DNA of 64,000 nt from Octopus sinensis (GCF_006345805.1 NC_043005.1:27714001-27778000); one strand, 5' to 3'. Positions 34,958-48,572 are shown, counted from the stretch's first letter. Notes: generated by a model not told the origin, from the letters alone. Translations and numbers: made by a program.

Positions 34958-37090
34958 CTACGAAGAAGAAAAGACATTTATTTAGAAACTTATTAACTCC
35001 TTCTCCTCCACTTCCTCTTCCTCCCCATCGCCACCACTATTTCTTATTTCTTTATTGCCCACAAGGGGCTAAACATAGAGGGGACAAACAAGGACAGACA
35101 AATGGATTAAGTAGATTATATCGACCCCAGTGTGTAACTGGTACTTATTTAATCCACCCCGAAAGGATGAAAGGCAAAGTTGGCCTCGGCGGAATTTGAA
35201 CTCAGAACATAGTGGCAGACGAAATACCACTAAGCATTTTGCCCAGCGTGCTAACGTTTCTGCCAGCTCGCCACCACTATTTCTGCCTCACCACAACCAC
35301 TACCAACACCACCATCACTACTGCTGCCACGAGCATTGTTCTAATGTCCACTTTCCCATGCTTGCATGGAATTTGCTCAGATAGATTTTTTTATAGCTGG
35401 ATGCCCTTCTGTCACTAACCCTCACCCATTTTCAAGTAAGGCAACATTTCCATTTGATCAGACACTGTTTGTATGGTGGTGACACTTGCTACTATGCAAT
35501 GTCAAGACAAACACACACACATCAACACACAAACATATATACACACAACAGGCTTCATTCAGTTTCTATCAAGCAAACCTACTCACAAGGCTTGGGTCAA
35601 CCTGAGACTACAGCAAAAGATACTTGCCTTCAAGGTACCATGTAGTAGCACTTGACCAGAAACCACATGGTTGAGACAATTTGTTAACCATACAACCACC
35701 CCTGTACATGTGTGTGTTAATGTATGCATGTATGTATGTATGTCAGGTCACTTACAAGACTCTCATAAATGCTACCGGTAACATGGAATCCAGTACAACC
35801 TGTTACATGGTTGGGATGTCGACAACTAAACTGGCACCCCCACCAGGATATCCTGTAGAGGAGGGTTGCTAGAAATCCAGCAGGATTAAAAACAAGACCT
35901 GTTAAAAGTTCAGATGAATGTAGTGCAGGCTTAATGGCTATCTAGCAATAGCACAGGTATGCAGAAATTCTGGTGTGCTAGAAGACCACTGGGAGTGGGG
36001 GCACCCTTCAGCTTCTGTTGAAGCATGTCTCTAGAAGAAGGTCACTCTGATTTAAAAATCAGATATGCAAGGAATGGCATTGGACATTTTGGGGATCTTT
36101 TGGTTTGTGCTAGAGATCATGGCTCTCCCACATTCCTGAGCCTGTGACTCATATTGGCACCAGACATCCCACTCTGGCTTGTCTCTGGATAATGTCAATA
36201 AAGTGGAGAGGGTCTATGAGGTGTCGTACAAGCCTTATTGGACCTAAAACTCTGCACAGGCATTGCTGACCTCTACTAGATATAGCAACAGAATTTTCAA
36301 AATATACCACACCCACAATCTTAAACAAGAAAAGACATAATTGATAATGTAGTCAGGATAGCCATGACTAGAACAACACTGCTCAAAGGTCTACTTACTG
36401 GATCACAGCTGACCCTGGGCTAAATAACAACAACTCACCACTGCATGTTGAAGTATACAGTACACTCCTTAACTCAATGGTAGTGTGGTATGTAATGAGT
36501 AATGCAATCTTGACTCATAAATGGTTATTATTTTACTAACTGAACTAAGGATAAACTACATAAACAATGTTAGATGGATTATGTTGTTGCCATCCAAAAT
36601 ATCTGGTTACACCTTCAGAAGAGTTTATTAACTTAAATCTACAAATAATGTAGAAAATGTTCGAGATATGAATATATGATTATTGCTGTTAAAATCTGTT
36701 GTCTCACATTTCTGTGTTTTTAAAATATAACATCTATCTACCTGATACAGACAAGTCATACTGTATATGCATACATATGTGTACGTGTGTGTATAGATGA
36801 GTGTATGTGGATGTGTTTGTGATCGTGTGTATGTTGTGCATGTGAACACATGTATAAAATGTGTGTATACATGCATATATACATACACACACACACAAAT
36901 GTAAGCACATAAATGTGAAACAAGGTGGGAAAAAATAGTACTCAAATACCAGAGGTAGAGTAATATGCTTTATCATTAAAGCTGCAAAGACATCACAAAA
37001 ATATCACAAAAAAACTGCTACTCAGAGTTTCATGTTCCCATTCATTGGACTAAAGGATATACACATATATACATATATATATGTATATAT

Positions 37091-37625
37091 GTGCTGAATG
37101 AGCAGGTGTGTTGTCATGGTGCAATTGCTACTCATTGGACGCATGTAATTGTGGCTTTTCCAACTTGTCCAAACTGCTTTCAGCTGACCAAAAAGACACT
37201 TGGGTTTCTGTCGCACAAGATCTCCTTGATTGTGTCGAGAATGATGAAAACCTTTGGAAAATGGTCATAACGGGTGATGAATCATGGATCTATGGCTATG
37301 ACCCCAAAACAAAGGCTCAGTTTTCACAGTGGAAAACCCCAACCTCTCTGAGACTGAAGAAAGCACAAATGAGTTAAAGCAATGTGAAGACACTGTTGAC
37401 CGTTTTCTTCGACTACATGGGGATTGTTCATCACAAGTATGTTCCACCTGGTCATAGAATAAACAAGGAGTACTACTGTGACATTTTGTGGTTTGCAGGA
37501 TGCTATTTGTTGGAAAAGCCACAATTACATGCATCCAATGAGTAGCAATTGCACCATGACAACACACCTGCCCATTCAGCACAGCTTGTGCAGCAGTTTT
37601 TGGCAATGCACAGCATTCACCAGAT
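37091..37625 (+). mobile_element. Internal mariner transposase fragment with an inverted duplication of its own sequence
   Basis: VITGDESWIYGYDPKTKAQFSQWK, FFDYMGIVHHKYVP, LHHDNTPAHS; 37091-37164 is the reverse complement of 37509-37582. Confidence 0.9.
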
Positions 37626-39130
37626 AATATATAGATATACACACACATATATATATACACACACATATATATATATACCCATACCAGTATGGACAATGGA
37701 CGTTAAATGATGATGATGATGATGATGGTGTGTGTATGTGGGTGGGTGGGTGTGTGTGTGTGTGTGTATGTATGTTTGTATCATTTGTCTTCATGTTCTG
37801 AGTTCAAATTCCGCCAAATTCAGTTTTGCCTAACATGTTTTTTTTTTTGGGGGGGGGGTGTAAAATAAGTACTGATTGAACAATGTAATTAACTTAAGCC
37901 CTCCCAAGAAATTGCAGGCCTTGCGCTAAAATCTGAGACAGACAGATAGATAGATAGGGAGAGGAAAACTAGCAGAGTAAGTATATGTGTGTGTATTTGT
38001 GTGTGTCTAATATATCTATATTATGTACATATATATATGTTTATAAATATATATGCATGTATGTATATATATGTAAGTATACAGAGAGAGAAAAGGAGAG
38101 ACGAGATGTACGTATACATATGCGTATGTATGTATGTGTGTGTGTATATGCATATGTATGTGTATATGTGAATGTGGCAAATAGTAATTTATTTTTAGGG
38201 TTATTTATTTTCAGCCCTGTTTTTACCTACACATAGATTAACACACTTATGAAGAAGTAACAACAGTGCAGTTTAATTAATATTGCTAATTGTGTACAGT
38301 TGCCATGACAGTAACAGGATTAAAGTTACCTAGCCACCGACAGGATTAAAGTTATCTAGCCAGATACACAAACACGCACATACATATACATATATATACA
38401 TACATGGTAACTAGACACACTCGAACCTCACAAGTCACTCGTCTAATCAGGGTACTTATTAACTGACAATATTTCATGTCTGTTTAGTAAGGGGCTATGA
38501 CCAGCGTCCATGAGAAATAAATGAATAGAAACAATGAATCTGATTCTTCCCGTCTAAACAGAAACGTATACCACATTTACTCATGTATGAGTTGCACCCC
38601 TAATATAGTTTCTAAATCTTATTCCAAAATATTTCCCCATCATTAACTTAACCCCATGATTAAGTTGCATGATAGTTTTTCCCAAAATTAAAATCAAGTG
38701 TAAAATTGTGTGACTTATACACAAGTAAATATAGGTATTTAGCTTACAGTAACTTTTAGAGTTATCTAAATGTTCCTCTCTCATTCTCTCTCTTTATATA
38801 TATATCATCATCATCATCATCATCAACATCGTTTAACGTCTGCTTTCCATGCTGGCATAGGTTGGACGGTTTGACTGAGGACTGGTGAGCCAGAGGCTGC
38901 ACCAGACTCCAATCTGATCTGGCAAAGTTTCTACAGCTGGATGCCCTTCCTAATGCCAACCACTCCAAGAATGTAGCGGGTGCTTTTACGTGACACCAGC
39001 ATGAGAGCCAGTCAGGCGGTTCTTGCAACGACCACGCTTAAAAGGTGTTTTTTACATGCTACCTGCATGGGAGCCAGTCCAGCAGCACTGTGTATAGAGT
39101 GTTAGGTGTGATGTACTGAAATTGAATATT

Positions 39131-39573
39131 GAGAAAAAAGGTCATTAAATTTTGGAAAAAACATCATTTCATTTCTTTGTTATTATTTATACTTAGGTTC
39201 CTTTCTCGAATTTGTTAAATAAAATTTTGTGAATGTACAAACACCTTGTTCATTTATATAAAACAGATGTTTTAGGGGGGTTTTGTTTAGAAGAGAACAT
39301 TGTTTTTTTGGGGGGGGGGGAGGTTCCATGTCAGTGGGGATGGATAGATAGAAATATTAGTAGGTAGATAAGGCTGATAGTCATGGAACCTCACCCAAAA
39401 TATCAAAAACAATGTTCTCTTCTAAACAAAACCCCCAAAAATCATGTTTCATATAAATGAACAGGGTGTTTGTACATACACAAAATTTTATTTGACAAGT
39501 TTGAGAAAGGAACGAAAGTGCTAATAATAATGAAGAAATAAAAATAATTTTTTCCCAAAATTCTGACAACTTT

Positions 39574-39577
<4 letters not shown>
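39131..39577. repeat. Long inverted repeat / MITE, ~200-bp arms
   Basis: GTTCCTTTCTC...GTTTAGAAGAGAACATTGTTTT...AGGTTCCATG mirrored at ~39380-39513; weaker similarity extends outward. Confidence 0.8.
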
Positions 39578-39635
<58 letters not shown>

Positions 39636-40410
39636 CAGGTTCCAATCTCATCTGGTAATGTTTCTACAGCTGGATGCCCTTCCTAACACCAACCATTCCG
39701 AGAATGTAGTGGGTGCTTTTTATGTGCCACCAGCATCTGTGTGTGTTTATGTATATATATATATACACACCTACACATGCACACATCAATGTCACCAGCC
39801 CCCTCACATTCACATGCATGTGTACCTTCATTTTGGAATTACCACTACTTTATTATCTCCCCTTCTTCCTAGCTCTCCTGTGTGACCCCTCTGCACAGTT
39901 CCACTTGGTCAGCCCCACCCATAAACCAGTAGCAAGCTTATGGGCCTTTACATTTCAGATATTCATAATTGCAAGTCATACACAAAAAAATCTCCCACCT
40001 CCTTTCACATTTCATCTAAATATATGGCATAAGCATTGATCTGCTGTCTTCAATTGGTAAACACATAATTTGCAAACATCCACTAATAAAGACAACACTC
40101 TCGCCTCCCCCACACCCCAACACCACCATACCACACACACTAGCACTGAACACTTCCCAGCACCCACGTCATCATCCACACACCTATACATGCACACACA
40201 CATATGTCAAGGTCACCAGCCCCCTTCCACACACACATACATGCTCTCACATATACACGCATGCACACCTTTGTTTTGGGATCACCACTACTTTATTATC
40301 TCCCCTTCTTCCTAGCTCTCTTGTGTGACCCCTCTGTCCAGCATTCGCCATGATAGATCACTAGCCACTAAACCTTTTTCTATTTTCTCTCTCTGTTTAT
40401 TTCTGTGTTC

Positions 40411-40447
40411 CTTTCTGTTGAAGAGCATACACTCGAAAGTAAAAGAC
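40411..40447 (+). ncRNA. Decayed hammerhead motif, same family as 21706-21742
   Basis: CTTT-CTGTTGA-A-GAGC-atac-ACTC-GAAA-GTA-AAAG; A6 is changed to T and C15.2 is missing. The flanking sequence matches the reverse complement of ~21660-21760. Confidence 0.55.
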
Positions 40448-42429
40448 TCCCTCACTTCCTGAGCGTTAAACTAATACATCTGTTTGTTGTTTACACACCT
40501 GTCTTTGTCTTTTGTTTTTTTTGTAAATTCTCACTATATATATATATACACACACATGCATAATTTCTCTTTCTCTGTCTCTCTCTCTTTCTCTCCCTCA
40601 GTTCTAATTAATAATCAATTTTTCTATGCTAGAAATAAAATAGTTTTGGCAAATTTTAAGATTTTAAAAAATATAAACGCAATAAAAATAAAAAAAAAAA
40701 CTTAAATTAAACTAGAAAGTGGAACACAATCTGGACTTTTATTGGATTTAGTTCTTAAGACTGATTTAAAAAGCTAAAAGAAAAATTACATTTCTTTTCT
40801 AAAGTAGGTCACCAAGCAGTGAATTGGACAATCACTAATTGGGTGAGAAACCGTATTCACAACAACTATTTCACTTGCTTCAAACATGAATTAAAGAAGC
40901 TTCTATGCAGTAGCTTGACCAACAATAAATTGTAGCCAGATGTTCCTTCAGATACATCTCTAGGCAAAGCATTCTCCAACTTTCCTGTACCCGACTACCA
41001 GTTATCATCTGATTTTCCATGCTGGCATGAATCGAATAGGTCACCACAGTTCAGGTCAGTTCTCTATTGGAGTTTCTGTTCTCCTCGAAGAGTCAGAGGA
41101 CCACAACTCACTATTGCGTTCCATTTTGGTGTCTCTAGCTGGAGGCTTTTTCTAGAGCCATCCACTTTACAGAATGAACTGGATACAGTTCATTGTAGCA
41201 TCTTCACGAGAGAAGTTGTCTTATCCTCAGACAGCATCCCAGTTGTCTGGGGATAAGTAGCAAGCTTACAAAGAATAAGTCCCAGGGTTGATTTGCTTGA
41301 CTAAAGGTGGTGCTCCAGCATGGCCGCAGTCAAATGACTGAAATAAGTAAAAGAGTAAAAGAGTAACATCCATCACTGACCAAATAGTCCTCACTCCTGC
41401 CTCCATGTTATCCCCATTCTTTCAAGATAACATGATTGAAAGGGTGACAGAAAAAGAGTGATGAGAGAGAATTAGGTGAGTAATGTCTGTTGAGTCATTC
41501 GTTCGTGTAACATCCATTTTTCCATACAAGCATGGGCTGGACACACATATTTGAGGTACAATTTTAAGGTTAGATGCTCTTCCTGTCACCAACCCATATC
41601 TGTTTTTCATCATCATATCATCATCATCATCGTTTAACGTCCGTTTTCCATGCTAGCATGGGTTGGACGGTTCAACTGGGGTCTGTGAAGCCAGAAGGCC
41701 TCATCAGGCCCAGTCAGATCTGGCAGTGTTTCTACAGCTGGATACCCTTCCTAACGCCAATTAGGGGATTTCAGTTAGGGGATTTTTTTTTATTACAAAG
41801 GTTTTCAAATGTGCAGGGCAGTTGGTTGCCACATCAACAAGGAATGTAAATATCATTCAGTTTTGCTGAAATGGAATCATGGGATATCAACATTCATGTA
41901 CATTTACTCACACACAGCCCACACAAGACAGGATTTTCACACTCCCACACAAGGCATTGGCCAGCCCAGGGTTATAGCAGAAGTCACTTGCCCAAGGTGC
42001 CATGCAGTGGGGTTGTACTCTTGAGAGAGAGAGTAAAAGGGGAAAACCAGATTGATAGTCATGGAAGGAGAGAAGGAAAGAGAGTAATAGACAGCTGCAT
42101 ATTAGTTGTTGGTAAAGAGATTGAATAAAATACAGTGATGAGCAACATAATCAGAAGAGAGAGAGAGAGAGAGACAGTAAGGAGACAGGGTGACGAAAGA
42201 GAGATAGGAGAAAGACTGAATGATGGAAGAGGGGTTAGTAGAAAGAGAATAATGAATAGCAATAAAAATGGAGAGAGAGGGAGAGAGAGAGAGCAAAGAA
42301 TAGTAATAAAGATGTGAGGTGGTAAACGAGAAACAAAGATTTGTTTAAATGACTGTAATATAAATTTCCTTGTATGCAGACAAGTAAAGAAGGTCTCTTT
42401 TCTACATACTAAAACTTTGGGCTTTGCTA

Positions 42430-42820
42430 ATTTTACTAGGAGGCCTCTTGATTTTACTGCGGCCATGCTAGAGCACCACCTTTAGTCGAGCTAATCGACC
42501 CCAGGACTTATTTTTTGTAAGCCTAGTACTTATTCTATCGGATTCTTTTGCTGAACCGCTAAGTTACGGGGATATAAACACACCACCATCAGTTGTCAAG
42601 TGATGTTGGGGAGACAAACACAGACACACAAACATATACACACACATACATATTTATATATATAAGACAGGCTTCTTTCAGTTTCTGTCTACCAAATCCA
42701 CTCAATACTTTGGTCAGCCCGAGGCTATAGTAGAAGACATTTGCCCAAGGTGTCACGCAGAGGGACTGAACCCAGAACCATGTGGTTGGTAAGCAAGCTA
42801 CTTAACACACAGCCACTCCT
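42430..42820 (-). mobile_element. Family B SINE
   Basis: Colinear with 3925-4290. Confidence 0.8.
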
Positions 42821-42971
42821 GTGCCTATAAATATTCAAATTTCCCATCATTCCCTTTCACAACCCTTCATTCCCATATCCCAAATAGGCAAAAAAATAGC
42901 AACTTAAATTTAAAACCTAACAGAAGCAAACATTTTAACAAACATATAAATGAATATCGTCAGTCCCTTAC

Positions 42972-43143
42972 ATCAAAAACTGGTTTCTCTTGAAGACGTT
43001 CCCATTTATTGCTGCCAGGAACTGTGTATATCACTGGACAGTATCCTTGGCTATAAAGTTTACCTTGACGGTTCATATTCATAATGTTGATTTTGATCAT
43101 TTGGCCAGGCAATCCCCCCTCTATACCAAAGTAGAACCAGGAT
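42972..43143 (-). CDS. AGBL5: AGBL5 coding exon 3: SWFYFGIEGGLPGQMIKINIMNMNRQGKLYSQGYCPVIYTVPGSNKWERLQEKPVFD
   Basis: Not in the ORF track; read by hand. Acceptor tttatttgtag and donor GAT|GTAAGG; 172 nt, phase 2 to 0; closely matches the CCP N-terminal pro-domain. Confidence 0.95.
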
Positions 43144-43579
43144 CTACAAATAAATAAATAAAATAATTATTATTGTGGTGTAGAGCAAGATCAAAGACTT
43201 ACAGAACTTTATTTCTATAATTATAATTCAGGGGGTAAGGTTCATAGGATCAAGATTCTCAAACATTTATAAACATTAATCCTTCTCTGTTGAAATACAT
43301 TGCTTTTGTTTCAATAATTTTGAAAAAAATTAAGCATTTAGTATAATTACTCTGGTGTTTGAAACAAATTAGTATGCAATTTTAATGGGAAGTTTAATTT
43401 AGAATACTTAAAAACAAGAAATTTATATCACAGAACAAGGAGACAGTCTCAAGCAAGCTGATATCAAAAGGGTTAATTCACAAGATTAATAATTCAACAT
43501 TATGGAAATGTACTTGCATAGCAAGTGACCTGATCTGAGATTGTGTGCTGAAACAAAAACAATTGCAGTGTGAAAGGTG

Positions 43580-43815
43580 TTTATAAGTCATTTAAAAACA
43601 CAAAAAAAACTGTCAGATTCACTTCAACATTCAAATTTAATTTTCCAAAATATCTTCATCACTTTGAGACTGTGACCTGTTCACTAAGATGCAGCATGGA
43701 ATTTTGTCAGTGATCAGGTCACAGTCTCAAAGGAACAGAAATATTTTAGCAAATTATATTTAAATGTTCAAGTGAATCTAACGGTTTTTGTGTGTGATTT
43801 TAAATGGCTTATGAA
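43580..43815. repeat. Inverted repeat / MITE, ~105-bp arms
   Basis: ...CTTTGAGACTGTGACCTGTTCACT / AGTGATCAGGTCACAGTCTCAAAG... with a 23-nt spacer. Confidence 0.8.
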
Positions 43816-45623
43816 TAATTAAACATTTATAAAATAATCATTTTCTAAGGAGTCAGAGAATAATTAAAAAAACAAAAAAAGGGCAAACTCAAACCTTTTT
43901 ATAACTATATCCTTCATGAGCAGACAATTGATCTGTTTGAATTAATTACCAATATAACTAAGATTCTGGAGTGGTTGAGAAAACTATCTGTAATTTTATA
44001 TATTGGTATATATTATGTTGGTGCCAACTAACTGAAATTTCATGATATTGTTCATATTACAATGAAATCTAGATGGAGATTTCCATTTATATAAGATCAC
44101 TTTAGTATGAGTAAGGGTTCAGATGAGCTGGTATGAAAGGGTTAAAGCAGTTATATTTTCTGTTCTTTCTAGAATAGAAGGGTGGTTAGAGGGTGGCAAA
44201 AGTGGTAGAGTAACACATTAAATACTGCGTGATATAATCAACTGAACTCGAATTGTGCTTTTTATGTGCCACTGGCATGGGAGCTAGTCAGGCAGCACTG
44301 GCAACAACTACGCTCGAATGGTGTTATTGCGTGAATTAATTTTATTACTTTCATCTAGAATGCTATGAACCATCAGAATTCTGCTAGCAAATGCTTCATC
44401 TCTTGATCTTAATTATAATTATCAATAATACAATAGTGAGTTGACAGAGTCCTTCCTTGCAGTATTTCTTCCGACTCTTTACATTCATGGTTCAAATCCC
44501 ACATCCATCTGGGGTCAATAAAATGAAATACCAGTCAGTTAGTGGAGTTGATGATAGTGAGTAATCAACTCTGTTACAATTTCAGGTTTTGTGCCTCTGC
44601 TAGAAACAATTATTATGAAATAATTATAATGATTATATTAAATACGAGTAGTTTACTAAAAGAGAAACATAACACAAATGCAGAACTAATAACTGATTCA
44701 ATTAGTGCTGGTTAATATAAATGATCCTACAACTAGCAAAAGGGTCAGAGTGTATCACAGGTACTATGCTGAGTACTTGGACAAACCATTTTCATCCTCA
44801 GTGTAAGAAGCATAGGAAACTCAATTTCTCCTTCCAGTGAGGGGCAGCAGCACTGTAAAAGTGACAGGTGTCCTGGTAGCTTGAGATGTTGAGTTCAACT
44901 CCTCCAAGGAAAACAATTTGTGCAAGTTTATTGTCATACAACAGCTTATTGGTTTTAAAGCTAGGATGAACTTCACCACACAGCAGTGAACAATAGGGAA
45001 ACCAAAAAACAATAATAGTTTCTAATTTAGGCACAAGACTACAACTTTTGAGTGAAGGGGGTTAGTTGATACCCACAACTCTAGTACTTAACTGTTATTT
45101 TATTTTATTGACCCCCAGAGACCCCAAGTTGGCTTTTCATCCCAGTGGGATTTGAACTTAGAACAAATACCACAAGATCGGTTTTCTGATGCTCCAACAA
45201 TTTCCCAGCTTGTTTCTTATTGATTGTTTCTAATATAGGCACAATACCAGAAATCTGAGGGGACAGGGTTGACAATTAAACACAGCCTGGTACTTTACTG
45301 GTTCTATATCTAATCAATCATGAAAAGATGAAATACAAAGCCAATCTCAGCAGGATTTGAACCCAGAATGTAAAGATCCATAACAAAATGCGCCAAGACA
45401 TTTTTGTCCAACACTAACAATTCTGCTAATCCTCCATCTGAATAATGATAATAATTTTCAACCATCAACAGAAGATTCTTGCCCTCCATCCTTCTGGGGA
45501 TGATAAAACAAGTAAAATAAGTACCAGTTGAATACTGGGGTGAGTATAATCAACTTATCTCCCACCCCCAAAATTTCAGGCCTGATCCCTGGTAGAAGGG
45601 ATTATTATTATTATTATTATTAC

Positions 45624-45671
<48 letters not shown>

Positions 45672-45894
45672 CAGCAGCAGCAGCAGCAGTAATAAGGTGG
45701 TGAGCTGGCAGAATCATTAGCACGCCAAGTGAAATGCTAATCAGTATTTTGTCTGTTTTTACATTCTGAGTTCAAATTCTGCCATCCTTTTGGGGGTCAA
45801 TAAATTAAGTACCAGTTGCATATTGGGTCGATCAAATCGACTGGCCCCCTTCCCAAAAATTTCAGGCCTTGTGCCTATAGTAGAAAAGACTATC

Positions 45895-45926
<32 letters not shown>

Positions 45927-45987
45927 GATGATGATGATGATTATTATTATTATTATTATTATATAATGGGCTGCATAAATAACTAAC

Positions 45988-46090
45988 CTATTTCCATTTT
46001 CATATATGGTATTGGAACAGTCTGGTCTGGTCCAAACATTATATTCCAAATCAGGTTGGAGTTCCGCATTTCGGTTCACATTATTGGAAA
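45988..46090 (-). CDS. AGBL5: AGBL5 coding exon 2: (V)SNNVNRNAELQPDLEYNVWTRPDCSNTIYENGN(R)
   Basis: Acceptor ttcttcttcag and donor AG|GTTAGT; 103 nt, phase 1 to 2; CCP5 motif EYNVWTRPDC...ENGNR. Confidence 0.94.
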
Positions 46091-46299
46091 CTGAAGAAGA
46101 AAACGAAACAAAACAAACAAAAAGATAAACAAAAATCATTAACAACAATGAAGTGTTGAAAGAGTGTCGTTGCATGACACAGCTGGCAATTGTTCAATCC
46201 TAATAAATCTACTCCAAGGTTATGTGTCCGTACAGAGCAGCAGATAACAGGGATTTGCAAATCAGATTATCTTACTAAGTGATAGTCCACCACAAATCC

Positions 46300-46334
<35 letters not shown>

Positions 46335-47019
46335 TACATGCATGGTGCAGTTATAGCTGTGTGGATAACAAGTTCACTTCACAACCATATGATTTTAGGT
46401 TCAGTCTCACTGTATATAACACCTTGGGCAAGTGTCTTCTATTATAGTCCAGGGTTGACTAAATCCTTGTGAGTGTATTTAGTTGGTGGAAACTGAAAAG
46501 AAACCCTGTTGTATCATCATCATTTACCGTCCATCTTGGATGGTTCAATAGGATCTGCTGAGTTGGAGGACTGCATCAGGCTCTAATGTCTGTTTTTGGC
46601 ATGGTTTCTATAGCTGGATACCCTTATTAATTCCAACTGTTTTGCAGAGTGGGCTTGCCATGTAACGCACAAGACTAAATATCCTCTTAGGCTGACTAGG
46701 AGGGCGGGGGGTGAGTGTTTTATACTAGTTGTTGAGAGGTAAGGTATGAAAAAAATTACAACAGGTTTGTTGTTGCAGAAGAATACATGCGTGATTATTT
46801 TGCATTATATAAATGTAGTGGGGACTAATTGGGAGGGAGTTTAACACGTTGGGTCCCAAACCTCATTTTACACTTTATCCCAGGGTCCCAATATGATATC
46901 TTAATTAATTTTGATGTGAGTGGCATAACATTTTTACATTATACCATATGTGAGGGAAAGATCACATAGGTAGTGTTAAATACCCACGTCCCACTGGAGG
47001 GTCGTGTGGTACCCTAGTT

Positions 47020-47317
47020 CAGTGCTACTAAAAGTGGTGATCTGCAGACTGGTGCTGATTTGTGAGCCATCAGCTGCTGGTACATGGCAAGTTTACAGAA
47101 AAGAAAGAAACATTATAAAATGCTTATGAAATGTTTATGTAATATTGTATTATTTGTTTACAAAATAAATATTTTTAAAATTGTCAACTTTTATTATATT
47201 CATTATATATATTGTTTCCGGTATAAATTAATATCATTAAGAAATATTACCAGTCTCTGGCACATTGGAAGAAAAAAAACTGCCAGAATGCCACATCAGA
47301 TAGTTTGAGAAACACTG
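47020..47317. mobile_element. hAT (Charlie/MER20-like) MITE, 298 bp
   Basis: Perfect 8-bp TSD CCCTAGTT (47012-47019 and 47318-47325); ends CAGTGCTACTAAAAG...GTTTGAGAAACACTG. Confidence 0.8.
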
Positions 47318-47851
47318 CCCTAGTTCATATCACACAATCTACCAACCCATGGTCAATTAAAACTTTTGGGTCTTTTTCTATTGAAAATCTTTTCAAAAAG
47401 AACTATTTTGCTTTCCATGGCAAGTAAAATATTTTTCATTCCATTCTGTTTCTATTGGAAAATCTACCAATTTTTTCAAAAAAGAACTAGCTATTTTTGA
47501 TTCAATGGCAAATAAAACTTTCTCAATAATCAATCTGTTATTTTACCTCATTACATGGTGAAATCAGAAGAAAAATGAAAAGAAATATTTTTAAAATCTA
47601 TAAAAAATTGTTCTCTTAGTGTAGCAAAAGTACAATTCAAAGCAATTCCAGCTCCCAGAAAGCTCATAGGAAAGAAATTAAGAAACAACTGGCAGGTGGG
47701 TTGAGCAGAGCTCGTTAACATACTCACCACGATCCACCGGCAAGACGTGCGGGAGTAAATGTGTTAAAGGGGAGGTGAAGATGGTGATGATCAGGTGTCA
47801 AAGTGTGCCCTCAAGGTGCAAGAAGGTGGACAGAAGAGAGAAGGATGACAA

Positions 47852-48085
47852 AGGTGGCGAGCTGGCAGAAACGTTAGCACGCCGGGCGAAATGCTTAGCG
47901 GTATTTCGTCTGCCGCTATGTTCTGAGATCAAATTCCGCCAGGGTCAACTTTGTCTTTCGTCCTTTCGAGGTTGATTAAATAAGTACCAGTTATGCACTG
48001 GGGTCGATATAATCGACTTAATCCATTTGTCTGTCCTTATTTATCCCCTCTGTGTGTAGCCCCTTGTGGGCAATAAAGAAATAAG
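47852..48085 (+). mobile_element. Young-looking family A SINE; similar copies at ~33770-33940, ~35040-35275, ~45705-45890 and ~53620-54075
   Basis: GGCGAGCTGGCAGAAACGTTAGCACGCCGGGCGAAATGCTTAGCGG with CpGs retained. Confidence 0.8.
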
Positions 48086-48466
48086 AAGAGAGAAGGGTGA
48101 CAGAAAAAAAGGGAGAATGGGTGAGTAGAGGTTGCAAGAGTGGATGGGGAGAATAAGATGGTGGGGGAGGGAGGGAGGTAAAGGTAGCGAATGGTGGACA
48201 GGGGTTGGGGTGGGGTAATCAATGGTAAATGCGAGTTGGAGGGAAGGTAGGAGAAGAGGAGGTGATGATTGGCAGTACAGAAAGGGAAGAGCAGCAGAAA
48301 AAAAGATTGGAGAAGGATGAGAGAAAAGGAGGCAGAGTGTATGTAGTTGGGGGAAGGGAGATGAAGAAAAAATGTGAAAGGGGAGAAATGATATTCAGAA
48401 TTGAGGATGGCTGTAAAAGCCAGTATAAAACGTATGTGTGTGTGTGTGTCTTCCTTTTCTCCTTAC

Positions 48467-48572
48467 CTGATGAACTGTCTTTGGTATCATCTTTATACAC
48501 TCTCTCAACCTTAGCCAAGTTTCCAGAGTCAAAGTTTGATTTGAACAACAAACCACCGACACTGACTTCCAT
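48467..48572 (-). CDS. AGBL5: AGBL5 coding exon 1: MEVSVGGLLFKSNFDSGNLAKVERVYKDDTKDSSS + 1 nt
   Basis: ATG at 48572; donor CAG|GTAAGG after 48467. A pyrimidine-rich acceptor (ctctctctccag) ends at 48587, implying an upstream non-coding exon. Confidence 0.93.

Larger units (their letters stand above)
6108..48572 (-). other. AGBL5: Gene span (start codon to probable stop) of cytosolic carboxypeptidase 5 / ATP-GTP binding protein-like 5 orthologue, ~1040 aa, 13 coding exons
   Basis: Exons join with GT-AG sites and matching phases. The translation follows vertebrate CCP5 from the N-terminus (MEVSVGGLLFKSNFDSGNL, EYNVWTRPDC, NGNRSWFYF) through [35 protein letters not shown] and YTLECNYNTG to NPWSR. 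Confidence 0.96.

Noticed and set aside
44798-45034. Two overlapping minus-strand ORFs between exons 2 and 3
   Set aside because: No CCP5 similarity; exons 2 and 3 already join in phase to restore the conserved NGNRSWFYF.
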